This document shows, in pieces, positions 39,372 to 48,760 of a stretch of DNA of 64,000 nucleotides. How positions within the stretch are numbered: the stretch's first letter is position 1; every line of letters starts with the position of its first letter. Source of the stretch: Clostridia bacterium (GTDB lineage Bacteria > Bacillota > Clostridia > JAAYHZ01); contig JBMNIH010000006.1 in the NCBI GenBank assembly GCA_050950825.1, forward strand, positions 1-64,000, written 5' to 3'. Made by a program: the position numbers and the translations under genes. The notes under the pieces are model-generated. The model made no database searches. It saw only the letters and a list, made by a program, of their open reading frames with translations, and was not told the DNA's origin.

Positions 39372-41990
39372 ATGTATAAGCGAAATTTTCGTCTTGTTTG
39401 CATGCTTTTGGTTATTATCGGTCTCATGTTTTCCATGATTGCATGCTCGGGCTCCGAAGGTGAGCAGGAAGAAACGACGACAACGGGAGCCGTTACCACA
39501 ACGAAAGCGGAAACCACGACAAAGGCCGAAACAACGACGAAAGCGGAAACAACAAAAGCGGAAACAACCACGGCACCTGCTAAAAGCGATGCGAAGGAGT
39601 TGTTTGTCAAAGCGAACCACACCGGAGCCGACGGTGCCGACAATACGTATAAAACGATCGGTGCCGCAATCAAGGCGGCCGGCGAAGGCGTTACCATAAC
39701 GGTATCGGCCGGTACATACGAAGAAAAGCTTACGATTTCCACTAAGGGTCTTATCCTAAAAGCGGAAAAAGGTGCCGAGCAAACCGTTATAAAAGGCGAT
39801 ATTGAAATTACGGCCAATAACGTAACGGTAGAAGGCTTCACGATTGACGGTCTTGGCGGCGGACGCTGCTTGAAGGTAACAAACGGAAACAACGCCGTTA
39901 TTAAAAACAACATCTTCAAGAACAGCTTAAGAGGAGTCCAAGGAGCCGACGGATCCAGCGCCAATGTAAAAATTACGGACAACATCTTTGAAACCCAATA
40001 CGGTCTTGCAGGTTCTCAGCCCTTCTCCAAAGCTACCGTTACAGGCAACACCTTTAACTGCTCCGACGAAGCGGTGGGTATCGGCGAAGGCTTCTCTGCG
40101 GTTGACGGTTCCGATATTATCGATTACTTGAAGAAGAACAATACCGTTGTTGCGGGCAGTGCTCCCATGAAAGATTACAGAGTAAGTCCTCCCGCCATCG
40201 TAGAGCAGGATATGATGGCTACCAATGAAACCCAAAACAAAGGGTACGCCACCTTGGCCGATGCGTTGAAGGAAGCCAAGGAAAACGACGTCATTGCGGT
40301 GGCTGCCGGAACCTTTGAAATCGGGTCGGTTAAGATTGCGGCAAAAGGCGTAACCTTAAAAGGCGCGGAAGGAGCGGAAAAGACCGTCGTAAAAGGAAGT
40401 ATTGAAATCGCCGCTAACAACGTAACCGTTGAAGGCTTGACCATTGACGGCCTCGGCGGAGAACGCTGCATTAAGGTATCGAGCGCAAGCGATGCGGTCA
40501 TTCAAAAGAATATTTTGAAAAACTGCTTGAGAGGTATACACGGTCTTGACGGGTCCAGCCCCAACATCAAGATTTTGGACAACGTTATCGAAGTTCAATA
40601 CGGTATTGCAGGCTCGGAACCCTTCTCCAAAGCCACCATTAAAGGCAACACCTTTAACTGCTCCGACGAAGCCATCGGTATCGGCAGCACCCTCTCGGCG
40701 GTGGACGATTCCGATATCATCGAGTACTTAAAGAATAACAATACCTTCACAAGAGGCAGCGCGCCTATTCGCGATTACCGCGTAAGCCCGGCCGTTGACG
40801 TGAAGGTTGTAGATGCGGCCGTCACCAACGAAACCCAAAAGAAGGAATACGATACCTTGGCCGATGCGTTGAAGGAAGCCAAGGAAAACGACGTCATTGC
40901 GGTGGCTGCCGGAACCTTTGAAATCGGGTCGGTTAAGATTGCGGCGAAAGGCGTAACCTTAAAAGGCGCGGAAGGAGCGGAAAAGACCGTCGTAAAAGGA
41001 AGTATTGAAATCGCCGCTAACAACGTAACCGTTGAAGGCTTGACCATTGACGGCCTCGGCGGAGAACGCTGCATTAAGGTATCGAGCGCAAGCGATGCGG
41101 TCATTCAAAAGAATATTTTGAAAAACTGCTTAAGAGGTATACACGGCCTTGACGGGTCCAGCCCCAACATCAAGATTTTGGACAACGTTATCGAAGTTCA
41201 ATACGGTATTGCAGGCTCGGAACCCTTCTCCAAAGCCACCATTAAAGGCAACACCTTTAACTGCTCCGACGAAGCCATCGGTATCGGCAGCACCCTCTCG
41301 GCGGTAGACGATTCCGATATCATCGAATACTTGAAAAACAACAATACCTTCGCAAAAGGCAGCGCGCCTATTCGCGATTACCGTGTAAGCCCGGCCGTCG
41401 ACGTGAAGGTGAATGATGCGGCCGTCACCAACGAAACCCAAAAGAAGGATTATGATACCTTGGCCGATGCCTTGAAGGAAGCCAAAGAAAACGACGTCAT
41501 TTCCATCGCCGCCGGAACGTATGAAATCGGTGCGGTGAAGGTTTCGGTTAAAGGAGTGACCGTAAAAGGTGCGCAAGGTGCGGAAAATACCGTCCTGAAA
41601 GGGGATATCGAAATCACCGTAGATAACGTAACCGTTGAGGGCTTGACCATTGACGGCTTAAACGGCGGACGCTGCTTGAAGGTGACCAACGGAAACAACG
41701 CCGTTATCAAAAACAACATCTTCAAAAACAGCTTAAGAGGAGTCCAAGGTGCCGACGGGGCCAGTGCCAACGTACAAATTGTGGACAACCTTTTCGAAAC
41801 CCAATACGGGATCGCAGGCACCGAGCCCTTCTCCAAAGCTACGATCAAAGGCAATACCTTTAACTGCTCCGACGAAGCCGTAGGCGTAGGCACGGGATTC
41901 AGCATCGACGGCGCTGATGATATTGTAAAATACTTAAACGACAACAACACCATCCAAGGTGCAGGAAAAGTCGTGGATTACAGGAAATAA
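39372..41990 (+). CDS. Lipoprotein with a Thr-rich linker and four tandem beta-helix (pectin-lyase-like) domains
   Basis: Lipobox MIAC; TT(T)KAE repeats; four ~200-aa repeats with V..GTYE and NVTVEG.TIDG. Confidence 0.85.
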   Translation: MYKRNFRLVCMLLVIIGLMFSMIACSGSEGEQEETTTTGAVTTTKAETTTKAETTTKAETTKAETTTAPAKSDAKELFVKANHTGADGADNTYKTIGAAIKAAGEGVTITVSAGTYEEKLTISTKGLILKAEKGAEQTVIKGDIEITANNVTVEGFTIDGLGGGRCLKVTNGNNAVIKNNIFKNSLRGVQGADGSSANVKITDNIFETQYGLAGSQPFSKATVTGNTFNCSDEAVGIGEGFSAVDGSDIIDYLKKNNTVVAGSAPMKDYRVSPPAIVEQDMMATNETQNKGYATLADALKEAKENDVIAVAAGTFEIGSVKIAAKGVTLKGAEGAEKTVVKGSIEIAANNVTVEGLTIDGLGGERCIKVSSASDAVIQKNILKNCLRGIHGLDGSSPNIKILDNVIEVQYGIAGSEPFSKATIKGNTFNCSDEAIGIGSTLSAVDDSDIIEYLKNNNTFTRGSAPIRDYRVSPAVDVKVVDAAVTNETQKKEYDTLADALKEAKENDVIAVAAGTFEIGSVKIAAKGVTLKGAEGAEKTVVKGSIEIAANNVTVEGLTIDGLGGERCIKVSSASDAVIQKNILKNCLRGIHGLDGSSPNIKILDNVIEVQYGIAGSEPFSKATIKGNTFNCSDEAIGIGSTLSAVDDSDIIEYLKNNNTFAKGSAPIRDYRVSPAVDVKVNDAAVTNETQKKDYDTLADALKEAKENDVISIAAGTYEIGAVKVSVKGVTVKGAQGAENTVLKGDIEITVDNVTVEGLTIDGLNGGRCLKVTNGNNAVIKNNIFKNSLRGVQGADGASANVQIVDNLFETQYGIAGTEPFSKATIKGNTFNCSDEAVGVGTGFSIDGADDIVKYLNDNNTIQGAGKVVDYRK
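40251..41470 (+). repeat. Near-identical 603-bp tandem duplication (domains 2 and 3)
   Basis: ACCTTGGCCGATGC at 40251, 40854 and 41457. Confidence 0.9.
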
Positions 41991-42004
41991 CGGATAAGAA
42001 CGAT

Positions 42005-42034
42005 AAGCTCGGAAGGAACCTTCCGGGCTTTCTT
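42005..42034 (+). terminator. Rho-independent terminator
   Basis: AAGCTCGGAAGG-AA-CCTTCCGGGCTTTCTT. Confidence 0.7.
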
Positions 42035-42119
42035 CATTTTATCGGGCTTTCGATTAGACTTTCGAGTATAGACGGGTATATAATAAAAGAAAAGAGAAGC
42101 GAAGCCGGAGGAGGAGCGT

Positions 42120-42854
42120 ATGCTGCTGTATTTTATTATCGGGATTCTTTTAATTTTTATGGGTTTGTCCGTTCACGTATTCAAATGGTATTTTCTTATT
42201 TCCGGTTACAACACCATGCCGAAAGAAAAACAAGAGAAGGTGGATACAAAAGGATTAGGCCTTGCAATGGGCATCTACTTTTATGCCAACGGCGCCGTTT
42301 GGATCATTTTCGGCATCCTTCATGCATTCGGAAGCAAACCGAATATTTTAATACCTATTGTGTTTTTCGGAATTTCCACCGCATACTTTCTGATCAAAGC
42401 CCAAAAGTTTGACGGAAACATTTACGATAAAAAAGGAAGCCTTCGAATAGGCAAATGGAAGCAATTGTTGGGACCTTACGGAACCTCGATTTTAGCTTTC
42501 ATTCTTGTAGCCGTAATGTTTATTGTATTTTCCCAACCGACGAAGGTTACCGTTTTAGACACCGGGTTTCAAATCCACGGCATGTACGGCGGCACTTATT
42601 CGTGGGAATCGATAAAAGAAATCAATTTGACGGATAATCTGCCGGTCATCCAAAGAAGGACCAGCGGTGCGGCTATCGGTCCGAATTTAAGAGGGCATTT
42701 TACAACGGATATCGGGCCTGTAAAGCTTTTTGTCAATCAACAGCTCCCGCCCTTTATATTCCTTCGCATCGACGATAAGATCATCATTTTGAACTTGAAA
42801 ACCCCCGAGGATACAAATAATTTGTACCGGAGTATACTGGAGCGAATAAAATAG
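42120..42854 (+). CDS. DUF3784-like membrane protein with a C-terminal PH-like domain
   Basis: LISGYNTM.KE motif; RRTSG..RGHF. Confidence 0.75.
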   Translation: MLLYFIIGILLIFMGLSVHVFKWYFLISGYNTMPKEKQEKVDTKGLGLAMGIYFYANGAVWIIFGILHAFGSKPNILIPIVFFGISTAYFLIKAQKFDGNIYDKKGSLRIGKWKQLLGPYGTSILAFILVAVMFIVFSQPTKVTVLDTGFQIHGMYGGTYSWESIKEINLTDNLPVIQRRTSGAAIGPNLRGHFTTDIGPVKLFVNQQLPPFIFLRIDDKIIILNLKTPEDTNNLYRSILERIK

Positions 42855-42881
42855 GGTTTTGCGGCACGTATTTTTAAAAAG

Positions 42882-42936
42882 TTATTGACATATGTCAATA
42901 ATGTTGTATAATGAAAATATAAATGACATATGTCAT
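42882..42936. promoter_or_regulatory. Promoter with two TGACATATGTCA palindromic operators
   Basis: TTATTGACATATGTCAATAA (42882-42901) overlaps TTGACA; TATAAT at 42907; second copy at 42923-42936. Confidence 0.75.
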
Positions 42937-42958
42937 AAACCATAAGGAGGTGTGCCGT

Positions 42959-43192
42959 ATGCCCGGAAGAGACGGAACGGGTCCTACAGGAGCGGGACCG
43001 ATGACGGGAAGATGCAAGGGATTTTGCTCGGGTTCCATGTATCGAAGATCCGGATTTGGACACGGATTCGGCAGAGGCTATTTCTATGGTATGACTTCCG
43101 ATACAAGCTGCAAAGAAATGCTTCGGGTTCAAAAAGAGCGGCTGCAAAACCGCTTAAACCGTGTAAACGAGCAATTGGAGAACTTAAAATAA
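42959..43192 (+). CDS. DUF5320-family small protein
   Basis: MPGRDGTGP.G.GPMTGR motif; AGGAGG RBS. Confidence 0.85.
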   Translation: MPGRDGTGPTGAGPMTGRCKGFCSGSMYRRSGFGHGFGRGYFYGMTSDTSCKEMLRVQKERLQNRLNRVNEQLENLK

Positions 43193-43253
43193 CCCAAACA
43201 TCAAAATGACCGGAGGACGCTCCGGTTATTTCTTATCAATACGAGGTGATTTT

Positions 43254-43613
43254 ATGCCGAGACCAACCAAACGACGAAGAGTTTGCCGTATGCCTGAAAA
43301 CAGCCGTTTCGGTCCCTTGAATGACGGTTTAGGATCGAAAGCAACGGTGGTAATGACCGTTGACGAATATGAAACCATCCGGCTCATCGATTTCGAAGCC
43401 CTTACCCAAGAAGAGTGTGCAGCCTTAATGGACGTAGCACGTACAACGGTTCAGGGGATCTATGCCCAAGCGAGAAAAAAGCTGGCGGAAGCCTTGGTTA
43501 CGGGTAAAATGCTTATAATCCAAGGCGGAGAGTACCGACTTTGCGAGGGTTTCGAGGGGAAAAGCTGTAAAAGAAAAGGATGTCACGGAAGAGGACATGG
43601 AAGAGAGGGATAA
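43254..43613 (+). CDS. DUF134-family DNA-binding protein
   Basis: MPRP.KRR and DEYETIRLID...TQEECA..M.VARTTVQ motifs. Confidence 0.9.
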   Translation: MPRPTKRRRVCRMPENSRFGPLNDGLGSKATVVMTVDEYETIRLIDFEALTQEECAALMDVARTTVQGIYAQARKKLAEALVTGKMLIIQGGEYRLCEGFEGKSCKRKGCHGRGHGREG

Positions 43614-43698
43614 TTTGAACCGATATTTTCTAGTCTTAAAATATATTCCATGAAATGTATATGATATAATAAATAAAAAACGAGGAGGAGGTAAAAGA

Positions 43699-44376
43699 AT
43701 GGCCAAGTATATTTGCTCCGTATGCGGATACGTCTATGACGAAGCAAAGGGCATACCGGAGGACGGAATTGCGCCGGGTACATCATGGGAAGACATACCG
43801 GAGGATTGGGTGTGCCCTATTTGCGGTGCAAGCAAAGAAGAATTCCGTAAAGAAGAGGGCGCTCCGTCTGTGGAAGCAAAACCAAAGCCGGTTATGGCGG
43901 AGCCGATGGAAGACGAGGAGCTGACACCGTTGGAGATGAGCATTCTTTGTACCAATTTGGCACGGGGATTGGAGAAACAGTATAAACCGGAAGAAGCCGC
44001 GCTCTTTTTTGAGCTGGGTAAATATTTCGAATCGGCGGCTCCACCGGCGGAAAATCCGAGCTTTGACCGGTTGGAAGAGCTTTTGGACAAGGATATGGAG
44101 GAAGGAATCCCCGCTGCGAATGCGGCAGCCGCCGATGCAGGAGACCGCGGAGCCAAGCGGGCTTTGGTTTGGAGTGAGAAGGTCACCCGCATTCTTAAGT
44201 CTTTATTGGCAAGATACCAAAAAGAAGGCGAGGCTTTCTTTGAAAACACGAATGTGTATGTTTGCACGATCTGCGGCTTTGTATACATAGGTGATACTCT
44301 TCCCGACGTTTGTCCGGTATGTAAGGTACCGAATTGGAAGTTTGAAAAAATGGAAGGGGGTCGTGTTCATGTCTAA
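43699..44376 (+). CDS. Rubredoxin-domain protein with two rubredoxin-like ends
   Basis: CSVCGY..WVCPICG at the N-terminus; CTICG..CPVC at the C-terminus. Confidence 0.88.
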   Translation: MAKYICSVCGYVYDEAKGIPEDGIAPGTSWEDIPEDWVCPICGASKEEFRKEEGAPSVEAKPKPVMAEPMEDEELTPLEMSILCTNLARGLEKQYKPEEAALFFELGKYFESAAPPAENPSFDRLEELLDKDMEEGIPAANAAAADAGDRGAKRALVWSEKVTRILKSLLARYQKEGEAFFENTNVYVCTICGFVYIGDTLPDVCPVCKVPNWKFEKMEGGRVHV

Positions 44377-45391
44377 GAAATATGCCGTTCGAAATATTCG
44401 GTTGTGTTCTAAAGACTGCTTATGCCTTTATGTTTGTCCTACCGGCGCTACGGATACGGAAAACAGCATCATTGATGTTACAAAATGCATCGGATGCGGT
44501 GACTGCGCAGACGCATGCCCCTCCGGAGCCATATCCATGGTGCCTATCGAATACCCCCCGCAGCAACCGAAAACCGACGAAGTTGTTTATGCAATGAAGC
44601 GGCTGCTTAGAAGCAAAGCCGATCAAGAGAGCATTGCATCGGCACTTCCGGGTAAGCTTGCCGCTGCTTTCAAGCAAGCGAACAGGCGAATGGCGGAGGA
44701 CCTCATACGCGAAGCGGGATATATGCTGCCCCAAAGCTTAAATACAAAGAGGTTTTTGGAATCCCTTTTGGAAAAACCCATGCCGGAAGACTTTCCAAAA
44801 GAAATCGTGGAAAAGCTGCTTCATTCTTTGGATTTCGAGAAAGAAGCGAAATCGGATAACCGTTATGCGGCAACCGAGACGAGCAAGAATCTTACGGATG
44901 CATTCTCCGGAGAAAGCCAAGCGAGAAACAAGTACACCTATTTTGCGGAAGTGGCAAGCAGGGAAGGGTATGAGCAAATTGCGGAGCTCTTTTTGAAAAC
45001 CGCTCGAAACGAACAGGAGCATGCTCGTCTATGGTTTGAGGCTTCCGGAGGTTTGGAGGATACGGCAAAGAACCTTTTGCATGCCGCCGAGGGTGAGCAC
45101 TATGAATGGACGGACATGTACGCGCGTTTTGCAAAAGAGGCGGAGGAAGAGGGCTTTCACGATCTGGCCCAAAAATTCCGCAAGGTTGCGGATATAGAAA
45201 AGGCTCACGAAGAACGTTATCGGAAACTGTTAAGGAACGTAGAATCCAAGGAAGTTTTCAAAAAAGAAGTAGAAACCGTATGGGAATGCCGCATATGCGG
45301 ATATACGGTAGCGGGTAAAGAAGCCCCGGGGGTATGTCCGGTATGTAAAAACTCCAAGTCCTTCTTCGAAGTGCGAAAGGAAAACTATTAA
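44369..45391 (+). CDS. 4Fe-4S ferredoxin-rubrerythrin fusion protein
   Basis: [12 protein letters not shown] and [12 protein letters not shown], then [31 protein letters not shown]. Confidence 0.88.
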   Translation: MSKKYAVRNIRLCSKDCLCLYVCPTGATDTENSIIDVTKCIGCGDCADACPSGAISMVPIEYPPQQPKTDEVVYAMKRLLRSKADQESIASALPGKLAAAFKQANRRMAEDLIREAGYMLPQSLNTKRFLESLLEKPMPEDFPKEIVEKLLHSLDFEKEAKSDNRYAATETSKNLTDAFSGESQARNKYTYFAEVASREGYEQIAELFLKTARNEQEHARLWFEASGGLEDTAKNLLHAAEGEHYEWTDMYARFAKEAEEEGFHDLAQKFRKVADIEKAHEERYRKLLRNVESKEVFKKEVETVWECRICGYTVAGKEAPGVCPVCKNSKSFFEVRKENY

Positions 45392-45412
45392 TGCCTCTAA
45401 GAGGTTAAGAAT

Positions 45413-45447
45413 AAAAAGTACTTGCTAAATTGGGCAAGTACTTTTTT
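45413..45447 (+). terminator. Rho-independent terminator
   Basis: AAAAAGTACTTGC..GCAAGTACTTTTTT. Confidence 0.75.
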
Positions 45448-45498
45448 CGTTGTACAGGAATCAAGGAGCGGGTATAATAGCGATAAACATATATTTTC

Positions 45499-45720
45499 CG
45501 AAAGGTATATTTGCCTCAAGATCTATGGAACAAGCTCATGTCTACCTTCGCCTTGGAGACTTACGAAAGAGCATGGCATTCTTTGTTTACATGTCAAGAA
45601 CTGTTCCGGGAGGTATCGGCGGAGGTTGCGAAAAAATTGGGGTATTCCTATCCCGAGTACGATAAAAGCATGACGGAATATACGGAAAGCTTGTTTTTGC
45701 GATACGGCTTTAGCGAGTAA
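45499..45720 (+). pseudogene. C-terminal remnant of an aminoglycoside 6-adenylyltransferase (AadE/AadK-like)
   Basis: LPQDLWNKLMSTF...AWHSLFTCQELFREVSAEVAKKLGYSYPEYDK resembles the ANT(6) C-terminus (recalled similarity). Confidence 0.65.
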
Positions 45721-46480
45721 AGCGCTTTTCCGTTGACAGGATATAGTCCAAGCTTTCTTTTGCACATAGGAAAGGATCCTTCAAATGGCTTTCTTGCTCG
45801 GAAAGCCCGTACATTACCCCCGTTTCGATGCAAGCATTGAAAACGATAGGCCAATCGATCTTTCCTTGCCCTACGGGGACTAAGTGCTCGCTGCCGTCAG
45901 GAAAAACGGTGTAATCTTTAAAGTGGCAGATGTGAATTCTTCCCATGTATCGTTCAAGGACGGATACGGGGTCCGCTCCGGCCTTTACGGCATGGTAAAT
46001 ACATAAGGTAAGGCCGATCTCATCGGGAAGGTCTTCCATTATCTTATCAATGGCCCGTATGCCGTTGACAAGATCGAAATTGTACCATAAAGGATGAAAC
46101 GTCAAACCGATGCCCTTCTCCTTTAGGAGCATTGCGATTCTTTTCATTTCCGTACAAAAAAATTCAATCCCGTCTTCCGTCATCATATCCTTCGGAACGG
46201 TGCTGATACATAAGGTAGAGCTGTTCCATATACGGTTCATGGCGATAAAACGATCCAAATCCTTTCGGACTTCTTGAAAGCCGTCTTGAGTGGCGATGCA
46301 TACAAGGCCGGTCTCGTCCAGAGCCTCTTTAACGGACTCCATAGGGACGTCCGGATGAATCCATTGAAGCTGTACGTATCGGTAACCGATTTCTTTTAAC
46401 CTGCGGAAGGTGCAAAAAACGCTTTCGGGAGTCGTAAGGTAATCCTTCAAGCTTGATACTTGGTAGCCTATTGCCGTCAT
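45710..46480 (-). CDS. Sugar phosphate isomerase/epimerase (xylose-isomerase-like TIM barrel)
   Basis: HFKD, PVGQGKIDW and EQE motifs. Confidence 0.85.
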   Translation of the reverse strand: MTAIGYQVSSLKDYLTTPESVFCTFRRLKEIGYRYVQLQWIHPDVPMESVKEALDETGLVCIATQDGFQEVRKDLDRFIAMNRIWNSSTLCISTVPKDMMTEDGIEFFCTEMKRIAMLLKEKGIGLTFHPLWYNFDLVNGIRAIDKIMEDLPDEIGLTLCIYHAVKAGADPVSVLERYMGRIHICHFKDYTVFPDGSEHLVPVGQGKIDWPIVFNACIETGVMYGLSEQESHLKDPFLCAKESLDYILSTEKRFTR

Positions 46481-46699
46481 GGGGGTCTCCTTAGAAAATT
46501 TAATGGATTAAAACCATTGTACCGGATTTTCCATCGGCGATAAAAGATTCTTTAAAATAAAAACCGTTCCCTATAAAATATGTGTATAATAAAGGCAGGT
46601 AGCAAGCGCTAAAAAGGAAAGCGAGAATGTTATGAATAACCGAATACTTGTTGTAAGCGAAGGAAGGTCTAACGACCTTTTGGATGTACTTACCGTAAA

Positions 46700-47180
46700 C
46701 GATGTTCATTTTGGATAACCCGGTTATCGCAAACGGACGGCTCCGCCCCTTTCGGGCACTACAACGGGTGGTATTTGGACTCGTTGTTTTTGGCATACAA
46801 GGTATTGGGAGATGAAAAATACTTGGAAACGGCCAAAAAAGGTATGGGTCATATCAAAGCCGTTTATCCCTTCACCTCTTGAGAGCATTCTGAAACCCAA
46901 GAGCGGTGCCGGTTGGTGCTTCCTTGTGCCATGCAGTATTTTGCCACCGGAAAAGAAGAAGACAAAGCCTTTTTGTATCGGGTTGTCGAGGATTTACAAA
47001 GTTTAGGCACAAAAACGGAGCATACTTTGAAGCTATTTCGTAACCCGGAACCCGTACTTTTTAATGCTTTGGGAGGATATCTTAAGATACTTTTTAAAAG
47101 CGCAGCTTCATAGCGAGGACAAGGTGATCGACGGCGTTTGGGCAAGAGCCTTTGACGTAAATCTGAAAGAAGTCTACCGG
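46700..47180 (+). pseudogene. Degraded fragment of an (alpha/alpha)6-barrel-like protein gene
   Basis: Frame HYNGWYLDSLFLAYKVLGDEKYLETAKKG... has an in-frame TGA at 46880; later fragment DGVWARAFD is in another frame. Confidence 0.6.
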
Positions 47181-47256
47181 CACATAGGTTATTGGAAAAA
47201 TATTATTAATCTCTTATCCTTTGGAAAATATAAAAATCGAAAGGAAGGATTTCGCG

Positions 47257-48129
47257 ATGAAAACCCTAAGAAAGGTAAAAAAGGTCACGAAAGGTGTATC
47301 GACAACGGACGGAGCGGGAGTAAAGCTTGTCCGCGTGATCGGATACAACGATACGAAGGATTACGATCCTTTCCTGATGCTGGACGCTTTCGATTCCGTA
47401 AACCCGGATGACTATACCAAAGGATTTCCTTGGCATCCCCACCGGGGCATCGAAACCGTAACCTACTTGATCAACGGTAACATCGAGCACGGTGACAGCT
47501 TAGGAAACAAAGGCGTCATTCGGGACGGAGACTGCCAATGGATGACGGCAGGCTCCGGCATTATTCATCAAGAAATGCCCAAAGCTTCCCCCCGTATGTT
47601 AGGCGCGCAATTGTGGCTAAACCTGCCGGCAAAGGACAAAATGACTTTGCCTGCGTACGGAGATATTCGCTCCGAGGACATTCCCAAAGTGGAGAAGGAC
47701 GGCGTAACGATCCGTATCTTGTCGGGAGAATACGAAGGACAGAAAGGGGCTTTTGAGGGAAGGTATATCAAAGCCGTGTATTTGGACGTGGAGCTTTCCG
47801 CCTGTCGCGAGTGGAGCTTTGAAACCGACCCGGATTCTACCTTGTTCATCTACATGTTTTACGGAAAAGGCATCTTTGACCCCGAAAAAAGCATCGAGAA
47901 TCCGAAGGATGTTTTTGACGAAAGACAAGCGATCTTGTTCGGAGAAGGTTCCGTCTTTTGGATTAAAGGCGCAGCGGATACCCGCTTTATACTCCTTTCG
48001 GCAAAGCCCATTAAAGAGCCGATTGCATGGGGCGGGCCTATTGTCGTGAACACTAGGGAAGAACTGAAATTGGCTTTCGAAGAGCTACGTAACAATACAT
48101 TTATAAAATCCCATGATATACGTTTGTAA
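47257..48129 (+). CDS. Pirin family protein
   Basis: DPFLMLD, HPHRGIETVTY and WMTAGSGIIHQE motifs. Confidence 0.93.
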   Translation: MKTLRKVKKVTKGVSTTDGAGVKLVRVIGYNDTKDYDPFLMLDAFDSVNPDDYTKGFPWHPHRGIETVTYLINGNIEHGDSLGNKGVIRDGDCQWMTAGSGIIHQEMPKASPRMLGAQLWLNLPAKDKMTLPAYGDIRSEDIPKVEKDGVTIRILSGEYEGQKGAFEGRYIKAVYLDVELSACREWSFETDPDSTLFIYMFYGKGIFDPEKSIENPKDVFDERQAILFGEGSVFWIKGAADTRFILLSAKPIKEPIAWGGPIVVNTREELKLAFEELRNNTFIKSHDIRL

Positions 48130-48141
48130 GGAGGGGACACC

Positions 48142-48717
48142 ATGGCAGACAAAGAAAAAATCGTGAAAATCGCAGGCCTTACGGGAAGCTTAAGGAAAAA
48201 CTCGTATAACAAAGCGGCCTTGATGGCGGCAATGAAGCTGCTTCCCGAAAATACGGAGCTGGAAATTTTGGACTTATCCGATATTCCTTTTTTCAATGAA
48301 GACGTAGAGGAAGAAGGGATCCCCGATTCGGTCCTTCGACTCAAGGAAAAGCTTTCGGAAGCGGATGCCCTCTTAATTTCCACCCCGGAATACAATTATT
48401 CCATACCTCCGGTTTTAAAAAATGCAATCGACTGGGTGTCCCGAGGCGACGATACCCCCATATATGGAAAGTATTTGGGTCTATTAAGCGCGTCACCGAG
48501 CCCTCTCGGAGGAGCAAGGGCGCAGTACCATTTGCGGCAGGTTTGCGTTTGCGTCAATCTGATCCCCTTAAACGAACCGGAGATTTTTATCGCATCCGCT
48601 CATACTAAGTTTGACGAAAAAGGGGAGCTTAAGGACGAGACGGCAAAAGAATTGATAAAAGAACTCCTTGCGGAGTTGGTGAAGAAGGTAAGATGCCAAA
48701 GAGAGGAAAACGGATAA
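48142..48717 (+). CDS. NADPH-dependent FMN reductase
   Basis: GSLRKNSYN and TPEYNYSIPPVLKNAIDW motifs. Confidence 0.92.
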   Translation: MADKEKIVKIAGLTGSLRKNSYNKAALMAAMKLLPENTELEILDLSDIPFFNEDVEEEGIPDSVLRLKEKLSEADALLISTPEYNYSIPPVLKNAIDWVSRGDDTPIYGKYLGLLSASPSPLGGARAQYHLRQVCVCVNLIPLNEPEIFIASAHTKFDEKGELKDETAKELIKELLAELVKKVRCQREENG

Positions 48718-48760
48718 TCGGTTCCGTTTTTCTTTTCATAACAAAGGGAGGTAGAAAGAA

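Noticed and set aside
39329-41953. Several long antisense ORFs over the beta-helix lipoprotein gene (and similar ones over other genes)
   Set aside because: They are shadow ORFs caused by codon bias and repeats of the sense gene; no RBS or recognisable motifs.
46880-46882. In-frame TGA considered as selenocysteine recoding
   Set aside because: There is no redox-motif context and the surrounding gene is otherwise fragmented; a nonsense mutation is more likely.
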